Of a DNA stretch of 64,000 nt, positions 39,238-48,880 are shown piece by piece. The notes beneath the pieces were generated by a model that was not told where the DNA came from, searched no databases, and saw nothing but the letters and a program-made list of their open reading frames with translations. Numbering within the stretch: the first letter of the stretch is position 1; each line of letters opens with the position of its first letter. Source of the DNA: an uncultured Pelagibacteraceae bacterium (GTDB taxonomy: Bacteria; Pseudomonadota; Alphaproteobacteria; Pelagibacterales; Pelagibacteraceae); the NCBI GenBank assembly GCA_902571955.1, contig CACGDZ010000004.1:13568-77567 (forward strand), written 5' to 3'. Position numbers and translations under genes: made by a program.

Positions 39238-40716
39238 TTATGCTAAGGTTTTTTTAATTGCTTGCTTCCAACCATGCAATATATGATTTCTTAGTTTTTT
39301 ATTAATTTTCGGCTTAAAAGCTGTATCTTTTTTCCATGTATTTTTAATTTGATTTAATGATTTGAATTCTCCTAATTGATAACCTGCAAACAAAGCTGCA
39401 CCTAAAGCAGTGGTTTCTAAGACTTTAGGTCGAATTACTTTTAAATTAATTACATCTGCCAAAAACTGTGAGAACCAATTATTAGCTACCATACCCCCAT
39501 CAATTTTAACTATTTTAGGCTTTAAACCATCTTTATTCATTGAATAAAATAAGTCATAACTTTGATAAGCAACAGACTCGACGGTTGCTCTCACTAAAGT
39601 TTTCCAATCACTATCTCTTGTAAGTCCTGTTATTAAACCTCTGGCGTCAGGTCTCCAATAAGGTGCGCCTATTCCACTAAAAGCTGGGACAACATAAACT
39701 TCATTATTGCTTTTTGTTGATTTAGCTATTTTTTCAGTTTCATAAGCATTATTTATTAATTTAATTTTATCCCTTAACCATTGTACGCCTGCTCCTGCTA
39801 TGAAAATAGATCCTTCAAGAGCATACGTAGTCTTATTATTCAATCGATAACAAATTGTAGTTAATAACTTATTTTTTGAATTTATTTTTTTTGATCCAGT
39901 ATTCATTATTACAAAAGCACCAGTACCATAAGTACTTTTTATAGATCCTTTTTCAAAACAAGCTTGTCCTACAGCTGCTGCTTGTTGATCTCCTAAAACA
40001 GCTGAAATAGATATTTCTTTTCCTGTAACTCTCTTATCTGTTTTTCCAAAATTATCTGCAGAATTTTTTACCTCAGGCAAGATACTCCTTGGAATTTTTA
40101 ATTTCTGTAAAATTTCATTATCCCATTTATTGTTATTGATATTAAACAACATGGTTCTACTTGCGTTGGTAGCTTCAGTTAAATGCTGTTTACCTTTGGT
40201 TAATTTCCAGATCAAGAAGGTATCCACCGTACCAAACAATAAATTATTAGATTTTAGTAATTTTTTTGAAACTTTAACATTATCTAAAATCCATTTTATT
40301 TTAGTGGCAGAAAAATAAGGATCTATAAATAAACCTGTTTTTTTTCTAAAAGTATTTTCATAATTTTTATTCTTTAGAGATTTACAATATTCCTGGGTTC
40401 TTCTATCTTGCCATACGATCGCATTATAAATAGGTTTTCCAGTTTTTTTATTCCACAAAATTGTAGTTTCCCTTTGATTTGTAATTCCAATAGTAAGTAT
40501 ATTACCTTTTAAACTTTTAGCTTTTTTAATTACTTGCTTTAATGCTTTAAGTGTTGTCGACCAAATTTCATTTGGATTATGCTCTACCCAGCCATTTCTA
40601 GGAAAGTATTGTTTAAATTCATATTGAGAAATAAATTTAATGTTCCCTTTAGTGTCAAACAAAACAACTCTTGACGAGGTTGTTCCTTGATCAATAGAGA
40701 CAATAAATTTTTTCAA
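39238..40716 (-). CDS. glpK: Glycerol kinase
   Basis: DQGTTSSR, GITNQRETT, WQDRRT, GDQQAA, KSTYGTG and YALEGS motifs; TTG start. Confidence 0.93.
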   Translation of the reverse strand: MKKFIVSIDQGTTSSRVVLFDTKGNIKFISQYEFKQYFPRNGWVEHNPNEIWSTTLKALKQVIKKAKSLKGNILTIGITNQRETTILWNKKTGKPIYNAIVWQDRRTQEYCKSLKNKNYENTFRKKTGLFIDPYFSATKIKWILDNVKVSKKLLKSNNLLFGTVDTFLIWKLTKGKQHLTEATNASRTMLFNINNNKWDNEILQKLKIPRSILPEVKNSADNFGKTDKRVTGKEISISAVLGDQQAAAVGQACFEKGSIKSTYGTGAFVIMNTGSKKINSKNKLLTTICYRLNNKTTYALEGSIFIAGAGVQWLRDKIKLINNAYETEKIAKSTKSNNEVYVVPAFSGIGAPYWRPDARGLITGLTRDSDWKTLVRATVESVAYQSYDLFYSMNKDGLKPKIVKIDGGMVANNWFSQFLADVINLKVIRPKVLETTALGAALFAGYQLGEFKSLNQIKNTWKKDTAFKPKINKKLRNHILHGWKQAIKKTLA

Positions 40717-40720
40717 AATA

Positions 40721-42874
40721 CTAATCTATACCAAGATGTTTTTTTCTTTTTCCAACCCAAGTTCTAATCAAATTATCAAAGATCAATCCTATAAATGCAA
40801 CACAGATACCTAAAGTTAAACCAATTCCGGCTCCATTTTTATCTGACAGTGCTTTTAAAATGTATTGTCCAAGATCTTCCGTCCCTATGAAGGCTCCAAT
40901 TATCACCATAAATAAAGCAAAAACTATTGTTTGATTTAAACCAAGCATCATGTGTGGAAATGCTAATGGAAACTCAATTTTTGTTAATCTTTGAATTTTA
41001 TTTACACCAGACATTGTTGCTGCTTCATGTAAGCCAACAGGAACACTTCTTAAACCTTCAATTGTATACCTTGTTGCAGGAATTGTGGCATAAACAATTA
41101 CTGCAATTAATACAGAAGTATCTGTAATTCCAAAAAGCATCATTACTGGAATTAGATATACAAATGATGGGAATGTTTGAAATATATCACAAACACCCAG
41201 CATAAACGCTGCTGATTTTTTATTTTGAAAACATAATGTTCCGACTGTAAATCCTATTAAACAAGAAATAACTACTCCAAAAGTTGCCATATATAATGTA
41301 ACTAACGCTCTATCCCACCATGGGCTTAATGCTATAAATAAAGTCAAAGCAGCAACAACTAATGCTGATCGAATTCCTCCAATTAAATATCCTGCACCAA
41401 CCGCTAGTACCAATGTGGCAACAGCAGGCATTCTTAAATATAAAGCTCTCATCGGCTGAAGCACATCTTGAATTAACCACGTATTAAATGCTTTTATATA
41501 CACGAAAAAAGTATCAAAAATCCAATCAACCCCCTTATTCCAAAAATCTGCTGTTGATATTCCTTTGTTATGTGGAATTTCAAACAAGTAATTAAAACTA
41601 CCTTTGAAAATAAAAGTCCCAACATATGCAAGAATTATTCCAATTAGGAATGAAGCTGCGAAAAATATTACGTTTTTATTTCTTTGGAAAAATGTCAGGT
41701 TACCAAAATAATCTGTTTGTTTATTTGCCCAAGCCAAAGACATTTTGTCAAGAAGAATTGCAATTAGACTAATACACAATCCTGCTTCCAATGCTAATCC
41801 AATATTAAGTTGGTTCAAAGCTAATAATAAATTAAATCCTAAACCTTTAGCACCAATGAAAGCAGATATAACTGCCATTGAAAAACAAACCATAATAACT
41901 TGGTTAACTCCAATTAAAATATCTCGTCTTGCTGTAGGAATTAATACCTTAAGCATTAGTTGCCAATTAGTACACCCGCTCATTCTTCCTGCTTCAATTA
42001 CTTCCGGTGGTATGGCTCTTAAGCCTAAAATTGTAAGCAAAATCATTGGCGGAACTGCAACAACCATAGTAATAATTACAGCAGCGTGATCACCAACTCC
42101 GAATAGAACAAGTGCAGGAACTAATACAGCATATTGTGGCATAGTCTGCATCACTAGAAGAATTGGGTACAATGCTTTTTCAACACGTTTACTTTTGTAT
42201 GCCGCAATACCAAGTCCTAAACCAAAAATAAATGAAAGTGGAGCTGCAACAAGTATGAAAGAAAGTGTTTGCATTGAAGGTTTCCATTGACCAAATATAG
42301 AAATATAGATCATTGTTAAACCTGCAAACAAAGCCAATCCTTTTCCACTTAATTTATAAGAGAGTATCGCTGCTCCTGCTGCAACAATTGTCCAAGGTAA
42401 ACCCGGCAATTCTAACCAAGGATAAGCATCGATAAAATCCCAGCTAGTAAATGCAACAATAGTCTCTAAACCTCCAAGTAAAATTTCCCTAATTAATTCG
42501 ATTAAAAAAGTCATAAATGCAGTTAAATTTCTACTTATTTGTAAAAGCAGTGGTCGAGTTTTAAATTCTTGGGTATCTTCGTTCCAAAACTCCATTGGCA
42601 TCCATTCATTCATTAAGAAAAATAAAGAGTCGTTTATCCAAATAGGCAGCCATCCTAGAAGTGGAGGCAATCTCCAAAATACATCAAAGGCATAATACCT
42701 AACCTCTTTACCTAGAAAAAAGTAAACACTTTGGTTTGGATCTTTAACAAATTCAGCCTGGCCTCTTATAAATTTATAAGTTTCAGGAACATCAATTGCA
42801 AAACATAAAGCAAAAAATACAATTAATAAAAATAACCATTGAAATAATTTTGGATATTTTTTTAAATACTCCAT
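40721..42874 (-). CDS. tmoV: TMAO/quaternary-amine ABC permease, two fused ProW domains
   Basis: Two permease repeats (MQTMPQY; FQTFPSFVY); context with tmoX, tmoW and tdm. Confidence 0.8.
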   Translation of the reverse strand: MEYLKKYPKLFQWLFLLIVFFALCFAIDVPETYKFIRGQAEFVKDPNQSVYFFLGKEVRYYAFDVFWRLPPLLGWLPIWINDSLFFLMNEWMPMEFWNEDTQEFKTRPLLLQISRNLTAFMTFLIELIREILLGGLETIVAFTSWDFIDAYPWLELPGLPWTIVAAGAAILSYKLSGKGLALFAGLTMIYISIFGQWKPSMQTLSFILVAAPLSFIFGLGLGIAAYKSKRVEKALYPILLVMQTMPQYAVLVPALVLFGVGDHAAVIITMVVAVPPMILLTILGLRAIPPEVIEAGRMSGCTNWQLMLKVLIPTARRDILIGVNQVIMVCFSMAVISAFIGAKGLGFNLLLALNQLNIGLALEAGLCISLIAILLDKMSLAWANKQTDYFGNLTFFQRNKNVIFFAASFLIGIILAYVGTFIFKGSFNYLFEIPHNKGISTADFWNKGVDWIFDTFFVYIKAFNTWLIQDVLQPMRALYLRMPAVATLVLAVGAGYLIGGIRSALVVAALTLFIALSPWWDRALVTLYMATFGVVISCLIGFTVGTLCFQNKKSAAFMLGVCDIFQTFPSFVYLIPVMMLFGITDTSVLIAVIVYATIPATRYTIEGLRSVPVGLHEAATMSGVNKIQRLTKIEFPLAFPHMMLGLNQTIVFALFMVIIGAFIGTEDLGQYILKALSDKNGAGIGLTLGICVAFIGLIFDNLIRTWVGKRKKHLGID

Positions 42875-42877
42875 ATT

Positions 42878-43909
42878 TTAACTACCGTTTTTTCTTCCTC
42901 CAAAAACTGTATCTATTATTTTTGAAGGTTTAATTGATCCTACAATATTATTATTTGAGTCAATTACTCCTACTAAATTTTCTTGAGTAAGTATTTTTTC
43001 TGCAACATTTTCTATAATTTCATCTTTTGATACTTTTAAATCTCCTAAATTATTTTTAATCGAAGCATCCATCACATCCTCAATTATTAAAACCTTCTCT
43101 CTCGGCACTTCTTCAGTAAACTTTCTTACATATTCAGTTGCTGGATTTAATACTATGTTAGCAGGTGTATCTAATTGTTCAATTATACCATCTTTCATAA
43201 TTGCTATTCTATCAGCTAACTTTAATGCCTCATCAAAATCATGGGTAATGAACATGATAGTTTTCTGTAATTTTTCTTGAAGTCTTAAAAACTCATCTTG
43301 CATTTCTCTTCTTATTAATGGATCTAATGCAGAAAAAGGCTCATCCAAAAACCATATATCAGGTTCTACTGCTAATGATCTTGCAATCCCTACTCTCTGT
43401 TGTTGTCCTCCTGAAAGCTCTCTAGGAAAATAATTTTCTCTTCCATCAAGTCCAACTAATTTTACCATTTCCATTGCTCTATTAATACTTTCTTCAGTAT
43501 TGGTACCTTTAATCTGCAAAGGAAAGGCAATATTTTCAACTACAGTTTTATGGGGTAACAAGGCAAAACTTTGAAACACCATTCCCATTTTATTTCTTCT
43601 AAGTTCAATTAATTCTTTATTATTTAACTCAAGTAAATCTTGACCCTCTATGAAAATTTTTCCACCTGTTGCATCTGTTAGTCTTGATATACATCTAAGC
43701 AAAGTTGATTTACCCGAACCAGATAATCCCATCACTACTAGCATTTCTCCTTTGACAACTTCAAAAGAAGCATTATTAACTCCAACTATACATCCTTTTT
43801 CCTGAAAAGTTTTTGCATCTACATTGCCATTAGATTCTTCAAGCATCTTTTTGGCATTTTGTCCAAAAATTTTATAAACCGACTCGCATTTGATTACAGT
43901 CTCAGACAT
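42878..43909 (-). CDS. tmoW: ProV-type ABC ATPase
   Basis: GLSGSGKST, LSGGQQQR and DEPFSALDPLIR motifs. Confidence 0.85.
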   Translation of the reverse strand: MSETVIKCESVYKIFGQNAKKMLEESNGNVDAKTFQEKGCIVGVNNASFEVVKGEMLVVMGLSGSGKSTLLRCISRLTDATGGKIFIEGQDLLELNNKELIELRRNKMGMVFQSFALLPHKTVVENIAFPLQIKGTNTEESINRAMEMVKLVGLDGRENYFPRELSGGQQQRVGIARSLAVEPDIWFLDEPFSALDPLIRREMQDEFLRLQEKLQKTIMFITHDFDEALKLADRIAIMKDGIIEQLDTPANIVLNPATEYVRKFTEEVPREKVLIIEDVMDASIKNNLGDLKVSKDEIIENVAEKILTQENLVGVIDSNNNIVGSIKPSKIIDTVFGGRKNGS

Positions 43910-43974
43910 AAATTAATTTAAAGTTATATTAAATCCTATAAAATTAAAATGTTAATAATTGTTGCCTTTCCTCA

Positions 43975-44526
43975 TTAAAAATTTTTAATAAAATAAACTC
44001 TTGTATCAATTCCAGTACTTAAAAAACTTAAAGCTTCTCCGCTTATAGTAATACTTTCATCAACACCTACATTATTTCCACTAACTGTAAAACCAGCAAA
44101 ACATTTGTTTTTTTCTTCATCCCATTTGACAAAAGTCTCATCAATTTTATTTCCATTAATTGTATAAAGCTCATGTGCTCTAAAATTTAAAAAATTAGCA
44201 CCCATTATTGCTCTTTGAGGAATTAGTTTTGTAGCTTTACATACTTGCTCATATACTTCATCCGTTAATTTGTAATGATCAGTTCCATCAAATGAAACTA
44301 ATATTCCAGAGGGTAGTTTAGATATTAACTCACTTAGTTTTTTTTCTTCAGCAATTCTTTCCTCTTCTAACTTCATTCTTTTTACCAAATCATCACCTTG
44401 TCCAAAAATTCCATTCAAAATACTAAAAGATACAATTACTATTAGAGTGATAAATATTAGACCAATAAATTGTCTCAAAGATTCAGGTAAATCTTTAATT
44501 TTATTAATATAATTTTCTTTAGACAT
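43975..44526 (-). CDS. Hypothetical single-TM protein
   Basis: ATG at 44526 overlaps the upstream TAA; one TM helix, then a coiled segment and a soluble domain. Confidence 0.6.
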   Translation of the reverse strand: MSKENYINKIKDLPESLRQFIGLIFITLIVIVSFSILNGIFGQGDDLVKRMKLEEERIAEEKKLSELISKLPSGILVSFDGTDHYKLTDEVYEQVCKATKLIPQRAIMGANFLNFRAHELYTINGNKIDETFVKWDEEKNKCFAGFTVSGNNVGVDESITISGEALSFLSTGIDTRVYFIKNF

Positions 44527-44903
44527 TATTCTTGTAACTTGCCGTTCTTCCAAATACCTTTTTTTTGTTTTCCATCAGCCCAAGTAAATATTCCTTGACC
44601 ATTCATAAAACCATTATCCCACTCCCCTTCATAAGTGGAGCCATCCGGAAATGTTAACGTTCCAATTCCACTCCAAACACTATTTTTAAATTCACCTTTA
44701 TAAATATATCCATTTGGCCAAGTCTCTACACCTTGTCCTTCTTTTTTTGTAGAAACCCACTCCCCTTCATAAGTAGTTTTATCAGTGTAAACCCACTTGC
44801 CATAACCATTATCACAATTACCCTCTTTACAGCCGGTGCTACGTGCAAATGCAGAAGTGCTCATTAAAAAGCTTAATAATATAAAAAGTAGAAATTTTTT
44901 CAT
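44526..44903 (-). CDS. Exported MORN-repeat protein
   Basis: Signal peptide; GC..G.C.NG.G; repeated Y.GEW/F.....G.G units. Confidence 0.85.
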   Translation of the reverse strand: MKKFLLFILLSFLMSTSAFARSTGCKEGNCDNGYGKWVYTDKTTYEGEWVSTKKEGQGVETWPNGYIYKGEFKNSVWSGIGTLTFPDGSTYEGEWDNGFMNGQGIFTWADGKQKKGIWKNGKLQE

Positions 44904-44928
44904 GAATTTATTTTACACAAAATCATAT

Positions 44929-44964
44929 AAAAAAAAATCCCCCCCAACAAGTTGGGGGAGATTT
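44929..44964 (-). terminator. Rho-independent terminator after tmoX
   Basis: Minus strand reads AAATCTCCCCCAAC-TT-GTTGGGGGGGATTT followed by a T-run. Confidence 0.85.
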
Positions 44965-44986
44965 AAAATTTATATTATGTTTAACC

Positions 44987-45937
44987 TTAATGATCGTGTG
45001 TAAATTCTTCCCACACTTTTTTATTATCAGCTAACCATTTTTTAGCAGCATCTTCGTGAGTCATTTTGTCAACGTCAACTAAAGCTGCCATTGCACCAAT
45101 TTGACTTGTAGAGAATGACATTTTTTTAAACGCTTTTGCTGCTTTAGGATGAGTTTTTGGGAAATCCTCATGAACTGCTTTTTTCAAATATCCATCAGGA
45201 GAACCACATTTACCATCTCCACCATCCTCTGGTCTGCAACCAGCTGTGTATGGAGGGAAATCAATAAATGTAAAACCAGCACCATCTGTAAAGTTAGGTG
45301 TCCAATTGAAGATAATTGTTCCTCTTCCTTCTTTCTCAGCTGCAGCTAACTCTGCCCAAAGTGCATCAGCACTTCCAGCAAATTTAACCCACCATAAATC
45401 ACCTAAACCTAGTGCATCAACCCTTTGTGGAATTAAGTCACCATGCCAAGTTTGTGGACCTTCCAACATTCTTCCTTTTCCATCTGGTGAATCAGGTGTT
45501 GTAAAGTTTTTAGCACAATCTGGATTTTTTAAGGCTGTCCAGTCTGGTAAACCTGGGCATAATCCTTTTTCAGTAACCCAGTTTGGATATCCCATATCCT
45601 CAAGAGTTCTTGCTTCATGATCACCCCAATCTAATAAACCACCTTTATCTAAAGCAGTAGTAAAAGATTTACCAAATGCAGATTCCCATACCTCATGAGA
45701 TATAGTTACATCTCCAATTCTAATTGACTCATAAACTGCTTGTGAGTCAGCGTTAACATATTTAACGTTATTACCCATGCTTTCGAAAATCCCACCAATA
45801 ACGTAAGCCATTACAATTTGACTTGACCAGTTATGAGTTGGGATAACGATAGGCTTCTTGCTATCAGCGTTAGAAATTCCTGCAAAACTTACTACAGAAA
45901 TAACTAGAGCAGACAGTAATGATATTATTTTTTTCAT
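44987..45937 (-). CDS. tmoX: TMAO ABC substrate-binding protein
   Basis: HNWSSQ, HEVWE, CPGLPDW.AL and FNWTPNF motifs; divergent from tdm. Confidence 0.85.
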   Translation of the reverse strand: MKKIISLLSALVISVVSFAGISNADSKKPIVIPTHNWSSQIVMAYVIGGIFESMGNNVKYVNADSQAVYESIRIGDVTISHEVWESAFGKSFTTALDKGGLLDWGDHEARTLEDMGYPNWVTEKGLCPGLPDWTALKNPDCAKNFTTPDSPDGKGRMLEGPQTWHGDLIPQRVDALGLGDLWWVKFAGSADALWAELAAAEKEGRGTIIFNWTPNFTDGAGFTFIDFPPYTAGCRPEDGGDGKCGSPDGYLKKAVHEDFPKTHPKAAKAFKKMSFSTSQIGAMAALVDVDKMTHEDAAKKWLADNKKVWEEFTHDH

Positions 45938-46007
45938 GTATACCCCTCTATTAATATTAATATCAATAGTCTATGACAAAAAGAATAGGTAGGTAAAGAA
46001 TTATTAG

Positions 46008-46025
46008 TTCTAAAAAATATATATA
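46008..46025 (+). promoter_or_regulatory. Candidate operator TTCTAAAAAATATATATA upstream of tdm
   Basis: Exact copy of the reverse-strand 18-mer at 33156-33173. Confidence 0.45.
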
Positions 46026-46079
46026 TATTTAAACAATAAAAATAATGATAAAAAATATAACAATATTTAAAAAATTAAA

Positions 46080-48419
46080 ATGTTAGGAACAAGTAAAGAT
46101 ATTAAGTATCCCGGTTTAAATATTTTACCACCTGGAGTTGAAAGACATGTTGTTAACGGTGGTGCTCTTACTGCTTTTCAAATTTTTCCTGATGATGAAA
46201 TAGAAATAATCAATAACGAGGGAAATCAAATATGTGAGATTATTTGTTTTGATAAAGATGGAAACTCAGATGTTGGAATATTAAATCTTAAATCAAACAA
46301 TGAAAAAAACTTTATAAGAAATATTCTTGATAGCAATGATGAAACAATTTTAGCTACCAACTATCAATTAAAAAAAAGAGATTTAAAAATTTCTAATTCA
46401 AAATCATCAATAATATTTGATCTAGACACAGAGCCTGGTGAAAAAATTAAATTTAAGTCAAAAGATAAATGTTATGCAATATTTGCAGCTCCTGGAAAAG
46501 ATATGGATGTTACAAAACAAAATCCACCAACTGATTTAACTATATTCGTTAAAAGAGCTAAAATTGTTAACGATAAGGAATTAAATGTAATTCCTGATCC
46601 TGTTTTCGAGCCTGTTTATGAAGAGAATATAAAGAAAGAAAGTTGTATATCTTATGAGGTTAAGGAAGGAGATTATATACAGGTAATAAGTCCAACTGGC
46701 AGACAATGTTCCGACTTTGTGGCATTCGATACAAAAAAATTAGAAAAAGGAATTGAAAAAGGATTAGACTGGCAAACCACAAGAACATTCATGGGTAATA
46801 CTTTCCCAGGACCAGGTTTGTTCTCTAAATTTTACGACACAGATCATGAACCACTTGTTGAAGTAATAAGAGATACAGTTGGAAAACACGATACTTTTAA
46901 CCTTGCATGTACTTCAAAATATTATGAAGACTCAGGATACTTTGGTCATCCAAACTGCTCAGATAATTTAACTGAAAGTATGTCAAAATACGGCGTTCAG
47001 AAACAAAAAGGTTGGCATGCAATTAATTTGTTTTTTAACACTTCTGCTGGAGGATTAAATTCTGTAATTTCTGATGAATCTTATTCAAGGCCTGGTGATT
47101 ATGTAATGTTTAAGGCTTTAAAAGATTTAACAATAGGAACAACTGCATGTCCAAGTGATATAGATCCTTGTAATTCATGGAATCCTACTAATATATTTGT
47201 TAGAACTTATGACAAAAATAAAGAATTTAGAAAGTCATTTGGTTTTAGAATGAAAGCAGACTCTGAAAATAAACTTACTAGAAATTCTGGCTTTTATGAA
47301 AGAACTTCAAAATTAACTAGAAACTTTGTTGATGCAAGAGGATTTTGGCTTCCAAATGATTACACCAAACATGGTTTGGTTAATGAGTACAATGCTTGCA
47401 GAAATGATGCTGTATTAATTGATCTATCATCGCTAAGAAAATTTGAAATAATTGGTCCTGATGCTGAAGAGTTAATGAACTACACCCTCACAAGGAATAT
47501 AAAAAAACTTTCCGTTGGACAAGTTGTGTATTCCGCAATGTGTTATGAAAATGGAATGATGTTTGATGATGGAACTCTTTTAAGATTAAGCGAAACAGGT
47601 TTTAGATGGATATGTGGAGATGAGTATGGTGGAGAATGGCTAAAAGAAATTGCAAAGAAAAAGAATTTTAATGCTATAGTTAAAAACTCTACAGACCAAA
47701 TAAGCAATGTATCTTTGCAAGGTCCTAAAAGTAGAGAAATTTTAAAAAAAATTATCTTTACAACACCAACACAGCCTTCGATAGACGAGTTAGGCTGGTT
47801 TAGATTTACAATTTGTAGAATAGAAGAACTTCAAGGTATACCATTAATTGTTTCAAGAACTGGTTATACTGGTGAGTTAGGTTATGAGATATGGTGTCAT
47901 CCAAAACATGCACCAGAAGTTTGGGATAAATTAATGGAAGTAGGTAAAGATCATGGGCTCATTCCAGCTGGGTTTGCAGCTCTAGATAAACTTAGAATCG
48001 AGGCCGGTTTAATTTTATTTGGTGCTGAGTTTGACGGAGAACAAGATCCCTTTGAAGCTGGCATAGGTTTTGCTGTTCCCTTGAAAACAAAAGAAGAAGA
48101 TTTCATTGGTAAAGAGGAATTAATAAAAAGAAAAACAAACCCTCAAAAGAAATTAGTAGGATTAGAACTTGATGGTAAAGAAATAGCTGGTCATGGAGAC
48201 TGTGTGCACATAGGTAGATCACAAGTAGGTATAGTTACTAGTGGATGTTTATCATCAACCTTAAACAAAAATATTGCTTTGTGCAGAATTGATTTACAAT
48301 ATTCTGAAATTGGAACAGAGGTAGAAGTTGGAAAAATAGACGGACACCAAAAACGAATTAATGCAAAGGTAGTTGGATTTCCATTCTACGATCCAACAAA
48401 GTCAAGAGTTAGAGCATAA
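46080..48419 (+). CDS. tdm: Trimethylamine N-oxide demethylase (DUF1989 + GcvT)
   Basis: GRQCSDF, HDTF.LAC..KYY...GY.GH.NCSDN and ACP.DID motifs plus a C-terminal GcvT domain (RTGYTGELGYE). Confidence 0.9.
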   Translation: MLGTSKDIKYPGLNILPPGVERHVVNGGALTAFQIFPDDEIEIINNEGNQICEIICFDKDGNSDVGILNLKSNNEKNFIRNILDSNDETILATNYQLKKRDLKISNSKSSIIFDLDTEPGEKIKFKSKDKCYAIFAAPGKDMDVTKQNPPTDLTIFVKRAKIVNDKELNVIPDPVFEPVYEENIKKESCISYEVKEGDYIQVISPTGRQCSDFVAFDTKKLEKGIEKGLDWQTTRTFMGNTFPGPGLFSKFYDTDHEPLVEVIRDTVGKHDTFNLACTSKYYEDSGYFGHPNCSDNLTESMSKYGVQKQKGWHAINLFFNTSAGGLNSVISDESYSRPGDYVMFKALKDLTIGTTACPSDIDPCNSWNPTNIFVRTYDKNKEFRKSFGFRMKADSENKLTRNSGFYERTSKLTRNFVDARGFWLPNDYTKHGLVNEYNACRNDAVLIDLSSLRKFEIIGPDAEELMNYTLTRNIKKLSVGQVVYSAMCYENGMMFDDGTLLRLSETGFRWICGDEYGGEWLKEIAKKKNFNAIVKNSTDQISNVSLQGPKSREILKKIIFTTPTQPSIDELGWFRFTICRIEELQGIPLIVSRTGYTGELGYEIWCHPKHAPEVWDKLMEVGKDHGLIPAGFAALDKLRIEAGLILFGAEFDGEQDPFEAGIGFAVPLKTKEEDFIGKEELIKRKTNPQKKLVGLELDGKEIAGHGDCVHIGRSQVGIVTSGCLSSTLNKNIALCRIDLQYSEIGTEVEVGKIDGHQKRINAKVVGFPFYDPTKSRVRA

Positions 48420-48428
48420 AGAAAGATC

Positions 48429-48779
48429 ATGCCCAAAGAAAAAAAAACACTCTTAGATTTTTGGGAAGATCAAATGAGACAATCTCATACGTCAAGTAAT
48501 TATTTTTTTAGAAAATCGCCTTCACATTATCATATGATGTTGTTGGTAATGTCTGCTTATAAAGAAGATAAAAAATTATCAGTAGAGGAATTAAAAACAA
48601 AACTTTTTAAAACTTCTAGACCTAAATCTGCTTTAATAATTACAGAGGCTTGTGAAAAAGGATTCTTTAGGCTTGAAAAAACTTCAACTGATCAGAGAAT
48701 TAAAAATATAATGCCAAGTGAGTCTTTTATTAAAGAGTTCAATGATTATTTAATTACTTTAAAAAACATAAGTTATTAG
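48429..48779 (+). CDS. MarR-like winged-helix protein
   Basis: SVEEL...SRPK....I..A..KGF.......DQR.K wing motif. Confidence 0.6.
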   Translation: MPKEKKTLLDFWEDQMRQSHTSSNYFFRKSPSHYHMMLLVMSAYKEDKKLSVEELKTKLFKTSRPKSALIITEACEKGFFRLEKTSTDQRIKNIMPSESFIKEFNDYLITLKNISY

Positions 48780-48806
48780 CCAAATTTTTAAGTAAAATCG
48801 AAGTAT

Positions 48807-48830
48807 CTATTTTTTATATATAAATTTTAG
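48807..48830. promoter_or_regulatory. Palindromic CTA-N5-TATATATA-N5-TAG candidate operator
   Basis: CTATTTTTTATATATAAATTTTAG, 50 nt upstream of the FAD oxidoreductase start. Confidence 0.45.
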
Positions 48831-48880
48831 TTCTATAAATAATTATATTAATTACCTCTGCCAAAAAATAATGTTTTTAA

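Noticed and set aside
44618-44774. 19-bp direct repeat CCCACTCCCCTTCATAAGT (44618 and 44756) as an att site or CRISPR-like repeat
   Set aside because: The copies are in frame 138 nt apart and both encode TYEGEW of the MORN repeats.
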